Shown piece by piece: positions 34,466 through 43,662 of a DNA stretch of 64,000 bases. Position 1 is the stretch's first letter; every line of letters begins with the position of its first letter. The stretch comes from Bryobacterales bacterium (GTDB taxonomy: Bacteria; Acidobacteriota; Terriglobia; Bryobacterales; Bryobacteraceae), in NCBI GenBank assembly GCA_963841635.1, contig CAWJDO010000003.1, forward strand, positions 159,820-223,819. Reading direction: 5' to 3'. The notes beneath the pieces are model-generated. The model did not search any database. It was not told the DNA's origin and was given only the letters and a program-made list of their open reading frames with translations. Position numbers and translations under genes: made by a program.

Positions 34466-34759
34466 TCAGCCCTCCGCCGTTTCCATGCCCCCGCCGCCCT
34501 GCGAGGCAGAGGACGCCCCCGGCGACTGGCCAGCCGCGGAGAAGTTGTGCGGCATCTTGGCCACCACCACGGTTGAGATCGCGTGCTTGAAGATGAGCTG
34601 CTCCTGGCTGTTGGATTCCAGGATCAGCGAATACTTGTCGAAACTCTTGATGCGCCCCGATAGCTTCACACCGCTCATCAGGTAAATGGTCAGAAAGGTC
34701 TTGTCCTTTCGAGCGTTGTTCAAGAAAGCTTCCTGGATGTTCTGCGCCGGCTTTTCCAT
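34466..34759 (-). CDS. hfq: RNA chaperone Hfq
   Basis: 97 aa with Sm motifs ([56 protein letters not shown]) and a Gly/Ser-rich tail. Confidence 0.92.
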   Translation of the reverse strand: MEKPAQNIQEAFLNNARKDKTFLTIYLMSGVKLSGRIKSFDKYSLILESNSQEQLIFKHAISTVVVAKMPHNFSAAGQSPGASSASQGGGGMETAEG

Positions 34760-34917
34760 GTTATTTCCTTTGGCCCGGGAGGGTTCGTAGTCGAATCGAC
34801 TTGTGGCCCAGCGCCGAATGCGATTTTACACCAAAAACGGGGCTTCGCGCGCGGCGTGCCGGGGCCCGGCGTTCCGTGGCGCTCCGCGCTTCGTTGACAA
34901 TAGGTTTGGGGGTCCAC

Positions 34918-35529
34918 TTGCCGGTCAAGACAGTAATCTTCGATCTCGGAAACGTGGTCGTGCCTTTCGATATCCAACGAGGGTACGCAGCCTTGCAGGC
35001 ACACTGCCCGCACTCGCCCGCCGAGATCGCGAGCCTGATCCGCTCCACCGGTATCGTGCCCCGGTTCGAGGCCGGCCAGATGTCGCCGCGGGACTTCGTC
35101 GCCCGCTTCTCAGATGTCCTCGGACTCGACATCGGCTATGAGCGTTTTTGCGAGTTGTGGAACGGCATCTTCCTTCCCGGAGAAATCGTGCCGGACGCCC
35201 TGCTTGCCGGCCTGCACCAGCGTTATCGCCTGCTCGCTCTCTCAAACACCAATGCCCTGCACTTCGAGACCGTGCGCCGGGCGTACCCGATCCTGAGGCA
35301 CTTCGACGACTGCGTGCTGTCCTTCGAGGTCGGCGCCTCCAAGCCCGACCCGGCCATCTATCAGGCCGCCCTGGACCGCGCCCGCTGCCTGCCCCATGAA
35401 TGCTTCTTCACAGACGATGTACCATCGTATGTAGAGGCGGCAAAACGCGCGGGATTGGAAGCGGTGCGATTCGAGTCGGTCCCCCAGTTCGAGAGGGACT
35501 TGGCGACGCGGGGGATCGAATGGCGTTGA
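34918..35529 (+). CDS. HAD-superfamily hydrolase (subfamily IA type)
   Basis: ORF 34801-35529. The proposed TTG start at 34918 places motif I (VIFDLGNVVV) near the N-terminus. Later motifs are LLALSNTN and FFTDD. The start codon is uncertain. Confidence 0.7.
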   Translation: MPVKTVIFDLGNVVVPFDIQRGYAALQAHCPHSPAEIASLIRSTGIVPRFEAGQMSPRDFVARFSDVLGLDIGYERFCELWNGIFLPGEIVPDALLAGLHQRYRLLALSNTNALHFETVRRAYPILRHFDDCVLSFEVGASKPDPAIYQAALDRARCLPHECFFTDDVPSYVEAAKRAGLEAVRFESVPQFERDLATRGIEWR

Positions 35530-35557
35530 GCCGCACATGAAGTGGGTATTAAGGCCC

Positions 35558-35587
35558 TTTACGCGAACCTGCAGACGGGCTTATAAT
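35558..35587 (+). promoter_or_regulatory. Candidate sigma-70-type promoter of gltA (-35 TTTACG, 18-nt spacer, -10 TATAAT)
   Basis: TATAAT lies at 35582-35587, the AAGGAG Shine-Dalgarno sequence at 35631-35636 and the ATG at 35642. This is motif-based only. Confidence 0.35.
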
Positions 35588-35641
35588 ACGACCGGCTGTT
35601 GACGTTTTACCGTAGTGAAACGCAACAGGTAAGGAGCGGGC

Positions 35642-36952
<1,311 letters not shown>

Positions 36953-36966
36953 GTGCAAGGACGGCA

Positions 36967-37025
36967 GCACCGAACCGCGCGCGTCAGCAAGCGGAGTCCG
37001 CTCCCTGACGGTCGCGGTTCGGTGC
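36967..37025. repeat. Family-A REP, best full copy (GCACCGAACCGCGCGCGTCAG-17 nt-CTGACGGTCGCGGTTCGGTGC)
   Basis: 19 of 21 arm positions are complementary. The loop contains GCGGA-G-TCCGC. The element lies between the convergent gltA stop (36952) and the ftsB-like stop (37049). Confidence 0.9.
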
Positions 37026-37048
37026 TCTCAGCGAGGCGATGGCCTGCT

Positions 37049-37348
37049 CTACTTGGCGGGTTTCTGCTCGGGCAGGATGATGGAGGTCTCGCCTTCGCGC
37101 TGGTAGCGCAACTGCCGCCGGATCTCGAGCTCCTGCTCCGAACGGCTGTCGCGCAGTTTGCGCACGCGGTCCTCTTTCTCCTTGAGCTCTTTCTCGAGGT
37201 CGGCGTTCTCTTTCTGGAGGCGGCGAATTGTCTCGTGCTTCGTCTTCAGGTCCCCGATGGCCTGCGGAACGCGAAGTCCGAAGAACACAAACGCCATGAT
37301 CGCCAGAAGCGCGCAGGCGCGGCCGATGCGAAGTACCACTGGTTTCAT
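37049..37348 (-). CDS. Septum formation initiator family protein (FtsB/DivIC-like)
   Basis: 99 aa from the internal ATG of ORF 37049-37549. It has an N-terminal TM (ACALLAIMAFVFFGL) followed by a coiled coil (IRRLQKENADLEKELKEKEDRVRKLRD). Confidence 0.6.
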   Translation of the reverse strand: MKPVVLRIGRACALLAIMAFVFFGLRVPQAIGDLKTKHETIRRLQKENADLEKELKEKEDRVRKLRDSRSEQELEIRRQLRYQREGETSIILPEQKPAK

Positions 37349-37433
37349 CTCTACATTGTTTATAATCCTGTTTGACCGTGTTGCGCTAGTAGAATCTCGC
37401 TCCGGCGCGCGATTTCCCGGACAAGGAGCCTGT

Positions 37434-37760
37434 TTGACCGACAAGATCGTCGTTCTCGTCACGTGCGGCTCGCCGGAGGAAGGGCGCACGATCGCGCGAG
37501 CCCTGGTGGATCGCCGCCTGGCGGCCTGCGTGAACCTGGTCCCGGGCATTGAGAGCGTCTACCGCTGGAAGGACGCCGTCGAAGAGGCCTCCGAGTGCCT
37601 GCTGCTGGCGAAGACCACGCGCGGCCAGTTCGCGCCGCTCGAGTCTGCCGTCCGCGAGCTACATTCCTACGAGCTGCCGGAGATCGTCGCGCTCCCGCTC
37701 GTCGATGGCCTCGATTCGTATCTCAACTGGATCGCGTCGTCGGTCGAAGGCGTCGAATAG
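37434..37760 (+). CDS. cutA: Divalent-cation tolerance protein CutA
   Basis: 108 aa from the TTG at 37434, with AAGGAG 6 nt upstream. Blocks include IVVLVTCGSPEEGRTIARALVDRRLAACVNLVPGIESVYRWKD and HSYELPEIVALP. Confidence 0.8.
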   Translation: MTDKIVVLVTCGSPEEGRTIARALVDRRLAACVNLVPGIESVYRWKDAVEEASECLLLAKTTRGQFAPLESAVRELHSYELPEIVALPLVDGLDSYLNWIASSVEGVE

Positions 37761-37764
37761 GCAC

Positions 37765-39045
37765 ATGCAGCCCAAGCCCACGCACGCGCGGCACCTGGTC
37801 GTTCTGTTCGCCATCACCCTGGCCATCATCACCTACATCGATCGCTTCTGCATGGGGCAGGCCGAACCGCTCATCCGGGCCGATCTGCATCTCTCCAAGG
37901 TTCAGATGAGCTACATTTTCGCCGCCTTCGCATGGGCCTACGCGCTATTCGAAATTCCCGGCGGCTGGATGGGAGACTGGCTCGGTCCCCGCCGCGTCCT
38001 GCTGCGCATCGTGAGCTGTTGGAGCGTGATGACGGCCGTGATGGGCTCGATGTGGAACCTGGGCTCGATGACCACCGCCAACTTCCTTTTCGGAGCGGGC
38101 GAGGCGGGCTGCTTCCCGAACCTCACCAAGGTTTTCACCACCTGGCTGCCGCATCGCGAGCGCGTGCGCGCCCAAGGCATCCTGTGGATGTTCGCCCGCT
38201 GGGGCGGCGCGTTCACGCCCATGCTGGTGGCCTGGATGCTGCACTGGGTCACGTGGCGCCAGGCGTTCCGGATCTTCGGGCTTCTGGGGATCGTCTGGGC
38301 GGTGGTGTTCTACCGCTGGTTCCGCGACGATCCGCGCCGCCACCCGGCCGTGAACGCCGCCGAACTGGCGCTGCTAGAGGACACGGTGAAGCACGACCCG
38401 GTCCACCGGCATGTGCCCTGGCGCAAGCTGTTCACGCGACCCTCCGTCTGGCTGCTCTGGATCCAGTATTTCTGCCTGTCCTACACGTTCTGGTTTTATG
38501 TCCAATGGCTGCCGACCTACCTGCGCGAATCCCACCATCTCAGCGACGCCTATGCCGCGCGGCTGGCCAGTTTCCCGCTGCTGTTCGGCGGCGTTGGATG
38601 CCTGGTGGGCGGGTTCGTCGCTGCGCAACTGGCTCGGTGGACGGGCAGCGTCAAGATCGCACGGCGCGCCACGGCCTCGGTCGGCTGCCTGGGCGCGGCG
38701 GTGCTGCTCTACGTTCACACCGGCATCCAGGATCCGTTCTGGGCCATGGTGGCGATGGGCTTCGCCAGTTTCGGGAACGACCTGGTGATGGCCAGCGCCT
38801 GGGGCGCGTGCATGGACATCGGCGGCAAATACGCGGGCACGCTCTCGGGATCGATGAACATGATGGGCAACATGGCAGGCGGCATCGCGCCGGTGGTCGC
38901 GGCGCAGCTCTTGAAAGCCACCAACAACAACTGGGTGGTGCCGATCCACGTGATGGCGGCCATCTACCTGGTCGGCGTGGTGTGCTGGCTGCTGCTAGAT
39001 CCGGTCACGCCGCTCGATCCCGTCACGGATTCTGCCAGTTCCTGA
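37765..39045 (+). CDS. MFS transporter (anion:cation symporter/ACS-like)
   Basis: 426 aa from the ATG at 37765 within ORF 37549-39045. It has about 12 hydrophobic segments. Blocks include YIDRFCMGQAEPLIRADLHLS and GWMGDWLGPRRVL. Confidence 0.85.
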   Translation: MQPKPTHARHLVVLFAITLAIITYIDRFCMGQAEPLIRADLHLSKVQMSYIFAAFAWAYALFEIPGGWMGDWLGPRRVLLRIVSCWSVMTAVMGSMWNLGSMTTANFLFGAGEAGCFPNLTKVFTTWLPHRERVRAQGILWMFARWGGAFTPMLVAWMLHWVTWRQAFRIFGLLGIVWAVVFYRWFRDDPRRHPAVNAAELALLEDTVKHDPVHRHVPWRKLFTRPSVWLLWIQYFCLSYTFWFYVQWLPTYLRESHHLSDAYAARLASFPLLFGGVGCLVGGFVAAQLARWTGSVKIARRATASVGCLGAAVLLYVHTGIQDPFWAMVAMGFASFGNDLVMASAWGACMDIGGKYAGTLSGSMNMMGNMAGGIAPVVAAQLLKATNNNWVVPIHVMAAIYLVGVVCWLLLDPVTPLDPVTDSASS

Positions 39046-39955
39046 GCCAGGCGGGAACGCGCGCCTGCATGGCGGCTACCGACCGCTCCAGTTCCGCCCG
39101 CTCTTCGGGGTCGAGCGCCCGCGGCTCCTCGACGGCGACTACGGCGTTGGCCACCTGCTGCACGCTGGCGCAGCCGGGCAGCGTGGCCGCCAGCGGATGT
39201 TCGAGGATGTCGCGGATCGCCAGGCGCGCGCGCCAGTCGTCGCATCCGTCGCCGCGGAACAGCGCGCCTCCGCCGAACGGCTTGATCCCCATCACGCCGG
39301 TGTCGTGTGCCAGAGCGGTCGCGAAGAGAGTGTCCCCAACTGATTTTGCCCCGCAAGGCACCGGGAACAGAACCACCTCGATCTGTTCCGGGTACCGCGC
39401 CATCATCATGCGCAACCAGCCGGCATCATGGCTCGATACTCCGGTGAAGCGCGCGATGCCCTGCCGCTTCGCCATCGCCAGCGCCTCCACTGTGGCTTCC
39501 TCGACCCGCTGCCGCTCGCCAGCGTCCTCGATGCCATCGACCGGCAGCGAGATGCGCCACACATCCACCGCGTCGAGCCCGGCTTCCGTCAGGCTTGTTT
39601 CCAGACCCTCCAGCAGCCGGGCCGCGCTGCGCCATTCCGGGAACCGCGGCTCGCGCGTGTGCCACGAATATCCGAGATACATCGCGTCGCGCCGTCCGTC
39701 GAGAGCCTTGCTGTAGGCGAGGACCTCGGGCGGCGAGCAGGCATCCACGTAGTTCACGCCCAGTTCGATGGCCTGGCTGACCACCTCATGGCGGTTGGCG
39801 ATGAAATCGGGGGCGTGGATGTTATCGAAGTCGGCGTCGTCGTAGCCCGAGCCCTGGAACGGCCGCCGGAGCGCCGATTGGAGGCCCTTCCAGTGTCCGC
39901 CCAAGCCGACCGCCGAAATCATAAGTCCGGTCTTCCCGAGCCGCCGGTATTCCAT
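39023..39955 (-). CDS. Aldo/keto reductase family oxidoreductase
   Basis: 310 aa with the N-terminus MEYRRLGKTGLMISAVGLGGHW and the blocks NYVDAC and ARFTGVSSH. Confidence 0.85.
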   Translation of the reverse strand: MEYRRLGKTGLMISAVGLGGHWKGLQSALRRPFQGSGYDDADFDNIHAPDFIANRHEVVSQAIELGVNYVDACSPPEVLAYSKALDGRRDAMYLGYSWHTREPRFPEWRSAARLLEGLETSLTEAGLDAVDVWRISLPVDGIEDAGERQRVEEATVEALAMAKRQGIARFTGVSSHDAGWLRMMMARYPEQIEVVLFPVPCGAKSVGDTLFATALAHDTGVMGIKPFGGGALFRGDGCDDWRARLAIRDILEHPLAATLPGCASVQQVANAVVAVEEPRALDPEERAELERSVAAMQARVPAWLRNWQNP

Positions 39956-40456
39956 TCAGGGTAAGTCCGGCTCGCTTACGCAGCGGCAGGCGTTGTAAGT
40001 CGCCTTCACTCGTTTCGACTTACTCAGGTACGAATACCAGAGGCCGAAGTACAGGAGGGCAGGCGTCAGCCTTGTGTAGACCCCCTCGGTAAGGGCATGA
40101 TTTGAGGACGAGGGGAATCCGGCGAGGAACGGCAAGACCGCCGCGATGCCCTGGTAGCAGAGATAGCATAGGAGATAGATCTCAGCGGTTCGCACAGCCC
40201 CGGGGCGAAGGCGCCACAACGCAAGGCCGGCGTAGATACTGAAAGCCATCACCGCCAGTCTCAAGACGCCATCCACCAGCGTAATGATCAGAAAGCCCGG
40301 GTATCGGCCAGCGAGCCGCAGAGCGGAACTGTGCTCACGTATCAGCACGCCTAACGTGAACAGGGGAGAGAAAAAGATCAGTCCCACGCAGAACAGCGCA
40401 AGCCAGCCGCCGACGCTTTGGTAACGCGGACCGCAGAGCGCCGTGCTCGTCTCCAT
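39956..40456 (-). CDS. Integral membrane protein (DUF2569-like)
   Basis: 166 aa with 4-5 TM segments and an N-terminal GGWLALFCVGLIFFSPLF block resembling DUF2569. Its stop codon abuts the AKR start codon. Confidence 0.55.
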   Translation of the reverse strand: METSTALCGPRYQSVGGWLALFCVGLIFFSPLFTLGVLIREHSSALRLAGRYPGFLIITLVDGVLRLAVMAFSIYAGLALWRLRPGAVRTAEIYLLCYLCYQGIAAVLPFLAGFPSSSNHALTEGVYTRLTPALLYFGLWYSYLSKSKRVKATYNACRCVSEPDLP

Positions 40457-40514
40457 AACTCATGGCAGAATACCACAGGCCCGCGCGGCGGGGCTTACAC
40501 TATAAGTCGCCTCG

Positions 40515-40991
40515 ATGAAAACCAACGCCGCACGCCAGCTCGATCAGCTTGGAATCAGGTACGAGCTGCGCGAGTACGAGGTCGAAGCCGAGCACCTGGA
40601 TGCCGAGACCGTGGCCGCCAAGGTCGGCCTCCCACCCGAGCAGGTCTTCAAAACGCTGGTCGCGCGCGGGGACCGCACCGGCGTGATGATGGCGGTGATT
40701 CCGGCGAACGCCGAGCTCGACCCCAAGGCACTGGCGCGCCTGTCGGGCGACCGCCGCGTGGAGTTGGTTCCGCTCAAGGAAGTCCAGCCGCTCACGGGCT
40801 ACGTTCGGGGCGGCGTGACGGCGCTCGGGCTCAAGCGCCCGCTGCCAGTCTGGGCCGAGGAAACCATCGAGCTCTTCGACGTCATCTCGGTGTCGGCCGG
40901 AATCCGCGGAACCCAGATCCTGCTCGCTCCGGCCGACTACCTCCGCGCGGCCGGCGCCACGCCGGGGCCGATCGCGCGGGACAGGGGCTAG
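40515..40991 (+). CDS. ybaK: Cys-tRNA(Pro)/Cys-tRNA(Cys) deacylase YbaK
   Basis: 158 aa with the blocks [27 protein letters not shown] and [11 protein letters not shown]. Confidence 0.85.
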   Translation: MKTNAARQLDQLGIRYELREYEVEAEHLDAETVAAKVGLPPEQVFKTLVARGDRTGVMMAVIPANAELDPKALARLSGDRRVELVPLKEVQPLTGYVRGGVTALGLKRPLPVWAEETIELFDVISVSAGIRGTQILLAPADYLRAAGATPGPIARDRG

Positions 40992-41461
40992 CCAGGAACT
41001 CCGGGCCTGCGGCAGAATGGGAAGCACGGAGGGGCCGTGGGGAGAGCCACGTGCCTGATCTCGATCCTGCTGCTTGCCGCAGCGGCGGCCCAGATGGAGC
41101 CGGCGTTCATGCAGGCTATGGACGCGGGCATGAAGCGAATGGATGGTGGGGCCGCCTGGGTGGTCTCGACGAAGTGTAAGCCACGCCCACATTCGGCCGC
41201 ACGATGATGTCCGGAGTGCACGGGGCGCCGTTCGGAGGCAGTCCGACGCAGCCGTGTGAAGCAACGATGAAGTTTCGGTTTCGGGCCGGTGCGGGCCAGC
41301 CAAGGTGCACGTGCAGGATATGCACCGCCGTCGGCGATGGACGGCATCTGCTGCACGCGCCGGCGGGAAGCCCGCCGCGCTGGCCTTTGTATTCTGTTCG
41401 CTGCGTGCCGGACAACGCTTGGCACGACAAGTGCTCTATCACGTGCGAACAGGAGAGTAAA

Positions 41462-41755
41462 ATGACACGTTTTTGGAATACAGCCCTGCTAAGTGCGGCC
41501 CTTACGGTGCCCGTAGCGATGGCGCCGACAGTATTGCGAGCCGACGACCACAAAGTCGAGCGCTCGTACCACGACAGACAACACAACGACGATCATCACT
41601 GGAACAACAACGAGGATCGGGCGTATCGCGCGTGGGGGAAAGAGCACCATCGCAAATACAAGGATTTCTCGAAGATCAAGGAAAGCGACCGGCAGAATCA
41701 CTGGGGCTGGCGCCACGAGCACTCGGACGCCCTGCTCAAGATCACCATCCATTAA
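41462..41755 (+). CDS. Small secreted His/Asp/Arg-rich protein
   Basis: 97 aa from the ATG at 41462, preceded by AGGAGA. It has a signal peptide (MTRFWNTALLSAALTVPVAMAPTVLRA) followed by DDHKVERSYHDRQHNDDHHWNNNEDRAYRAWGKEHHRKY...HWGWRHEH. Confidence 0.55.
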   Translation: MTRFWNTALLSAALTVPVAMAPTVLRADDHKVERSYHDRQHNDDHHWNNNEDRAYRAWGKEHHRKYKDFSKIKESDRQNHWGWRHEHSDALLKITIH

Positions 41756-41889
41756 CCGCGACCGTGCCCACGGAAAGCAGCGGCTCTCCACTCGACGTTG
41801 ATAGGAAGTAAGGCTTCGATAGCGAGTAAAAGGAGGGTCGCTGTGAAGGGCTCGAAGTAAGTGAAGATACTTTTCAAAGGAGAAACACA

Positions 41890-41961
41890 ATGCTCGGTTT
41901 AGGATTACTTGGAACCGTTATTGTGATCGTGCTCGTGGTTTGGCTCATCCGCAGCCTGTGA
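41890..41961 (+). CDS. Candidate 23-aa hydrophobic micropeptide (MLGLGLLGTVIVIVLVVWLIRSL)
   Basis: It is not in the ORF track because it is too short. AAGGAG lies at 41877-41882, 7 nt before the ATG. It would form a single TM helix ending in a basic residue. Confidence 0.35.
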   Translation: MLGLGLLGTVIVIVLVVWLIRSL

Positions 41962-41968
41962 ACGCGTC

Positions 41969-43141
41969 CTACACCTTGAGGAACCACTTGCGCCGGTACA
42001 TGCCATACGCCACCGCGTACAGCAGCAGCACGCAGCACAACGCCCACAGCAGCGACGCATTCAGCGGGCTGCCCAGCGGCGCGAACAGGTGGTCAAACAG
42101 GAATCCGTGAAGCGACACGGGCGGGGCGCCGACGTGAATCACGTCCAGCATGGTTTCGAGCGCCCCCGCCAGCACGTACACGGCGATCGCGTTCATCCCG
42201 TAAATCGCGAATGGCCTGCACCACCCGCGGTGTCCCTTGACGTCCACCAGCCAGTAGCAGCACGCAAAGACGATCGACGCCAGGCCCGCCATGAAGACCA
42301 CATAGGAGCTCGTCCACAGGTTCTTGTTGATGGGGAACCAGACGTTCATGACCAGCCCGGCGAACACCAGCACGTTGCCGCCGAAAAACATCCACGCGGT
42401 TTTCTCCGCGGCCGTGAGGGCGGAACGCAGCAGGCTGCCGGCGAGCGCCCCGAGCAGAACGGTGGCAATGGCGGGCAGCGTGCTGAGCAGCCCTTCGGGG
42501 TCCCAGGTCCGCGTCTGGCCCCACATGTGATTGCCCAGCACCAGGCCGTCTACATACTTAGCCAGGTTCGCGTCCTTCTCGATCCAACCCACTCCCGCGC
42601 CGGGCACCGGCACCAGCGTCATCAGCATCCAGTAGCCGGCCAGCAGGCCGACAATCCAGATCGCCTGGCCGCGCCACTTTGTGCACAGGAAGATGGCCGC
42701 GCCGATCAGGTAACATACGGCAATCCGCTGGAGCACTCCGGGGATGCGCCACGTCGCCAGGTCGAAGTGCGGGAATCCGTTCAGCACCAGGCCCAACCCG
42801 AAGATGATCGCGGCGCGCCGGGCGGTGTGCAGGAACAACTTCACGCGATCGTCGCCCCGCTCGACGCGCTTGGCGAACGAGAGCGTCATGGCCACGCCAA
42901 CGATCCAGAGAAAGAAGGGAAAGACCATGTCGGTGAAGGTCCAGCCGTGCCACGCGGAGTGGCGTAGCGGAGGATAGACCGCGTCCCAGCTTCCTGGATT
43001 GTTCACCAGGATCATCGAGGCAATGGTGGCGCCCCGGAAAACGTCGAGCGACACCAGGCGGCCCGCCGGCCCGATGGGATTGGCTGTCGCGCTACGCACG
43101 GTTTCCGGACTCGATGAGGACATAGTTTGGACCCGCGCCAC
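41969..43141 (-). CDS. Heparan-alpha-glucosaminide N-acetyltransferase-like membrane acyltransferase (DUF5009/DUF1624 type)
   Basis: 390 aa with the blocks RLVSLDVFRGATIASMILVNNPGSW, HSAWHGWTFTDMVFPFFLWIVG and multiple TM segments. Confidence 0.75.
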   Translation of the reverse strand: MARVQTMSSSSPETVRSATANPIGPAGRLVSLDVFRGATIASMILVNNPGSWDAVYPPLRHSAWHGWTFTDMVFPFFLWIVGVAMTLSFAKRVERGDDRVKLFLHTARRAAIIFGLGLVLNGFPHFDLATWRIPGVLQRIAVCYLIGAAIFLCTKWRGQAIWIVGLLAGYWMLMTLVPVPGAGVGWIEKDANLAKYVDGLVLGNHMWGQTRTWDPEGLLSTLPAIATVLLGALAGSLLRSALTAAEKTAWMFFGGNVLVFAGLVMNVWFPINKNLWTSSYVVFMAGLASIVFACCYWLVDVKGHRGWCRPFAIYGMNAIAVYVLAGALETMLDVIHVGAPPVSLHGFLFDHLFAPLGSPLNASLLWALCCVLLLYAVAYGMYRRKWFLKV

Positions 43142-43173
43142 AGGATAGCAGATGGGGGCCGCTTTCGGCGGCG

Positions 43174-43623
43174 CTATAGGCTTTTCAGCGCCGCGGCAAC
43201 GACTAAGAGCACCACCCCCGAGCCGGCGGCGACAAGGAACCAGCCGGAGCCCGAACTCCGTTCGAGGACCGAGTCCGTCGGCTTGGCCGGATCGAAGAAT
43301 ACGGGTATCCGGGAGCCGACCGGATACCGCCCCGCCACCGTTTGAGCGTCGAGCCGTTTCTGGTAGCCCTTGCGATCGAATCCGATCCGGTCTCCGCGCA
43401 TAGTCCGGCCCTCGACCTCAAACTCGTAGCAGATTTCAGGCGTGAAAGTCCAGGAGTCCTGCGTGTCCTGGCTTCCTTGGGTGAAATCCTCGCGGACGGA
43501 CGACTTCGCGATGGTTCCGGTCGTTTGACTCCACGACCGGCTGGCCCGCACCTTGCGAACCTTGAATAGCCCGATGAGCAGCACACCTAGGCCGATCAAG
43601 CCGACTAACACGAATTGACCCAT
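43174..43623 (-). CDS. DUF3592 domain membrane protein
   Basis: 149 aa with TM segments at both ends. The core blocks are W.QTTGTI, TPEICYEFEVEGRTMRG and YPVGSRIPVFFDPAKPTDSVLE, which fit the DUF3592 pattern as I recall it. Confidence 0.7.
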   Translation of the reverse strand: MGQFVLVGLIGLGVLLIGLFKVRKVRASRSWSQTTGTIAKSSVREDFTQGSQDTQDSWTFTPEICYEFEVEGRTMRGDRIGFDRKGYQKRLDAQTVAGRYPVGSRIPVFFDPAKPTDSVLERSSGSGWFLVAAGSGVVLLVVAAALKSL

Positions 43624-43662
43624 GTTACCCTCGCTTTCTACGACGGCGTGACGCGGGCCGCC

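Noticed and set aside
37932-39716. 594-aa + strand ORF spanning the MFS and aldo/keto reductase region
   Set aside because: It is out of frame with the MFS transporter and antisense to the reductase. The product is Arg/Pro/Gly-rich with no TM pattern or motif.
41037-41210. 57-codon GVG-start ORF with a signal-like N-terminus (VGRATCLISILLLAAAAAQMEPAFMQAMDAGMKRMDGG...) in the 470-bp gap after ybaK
   Set aside because: It is short and ends in an implausible basic tail. The surrounding frames look like a decayed gene. The evidence is insufficient to call a CDS or a pseudogene.
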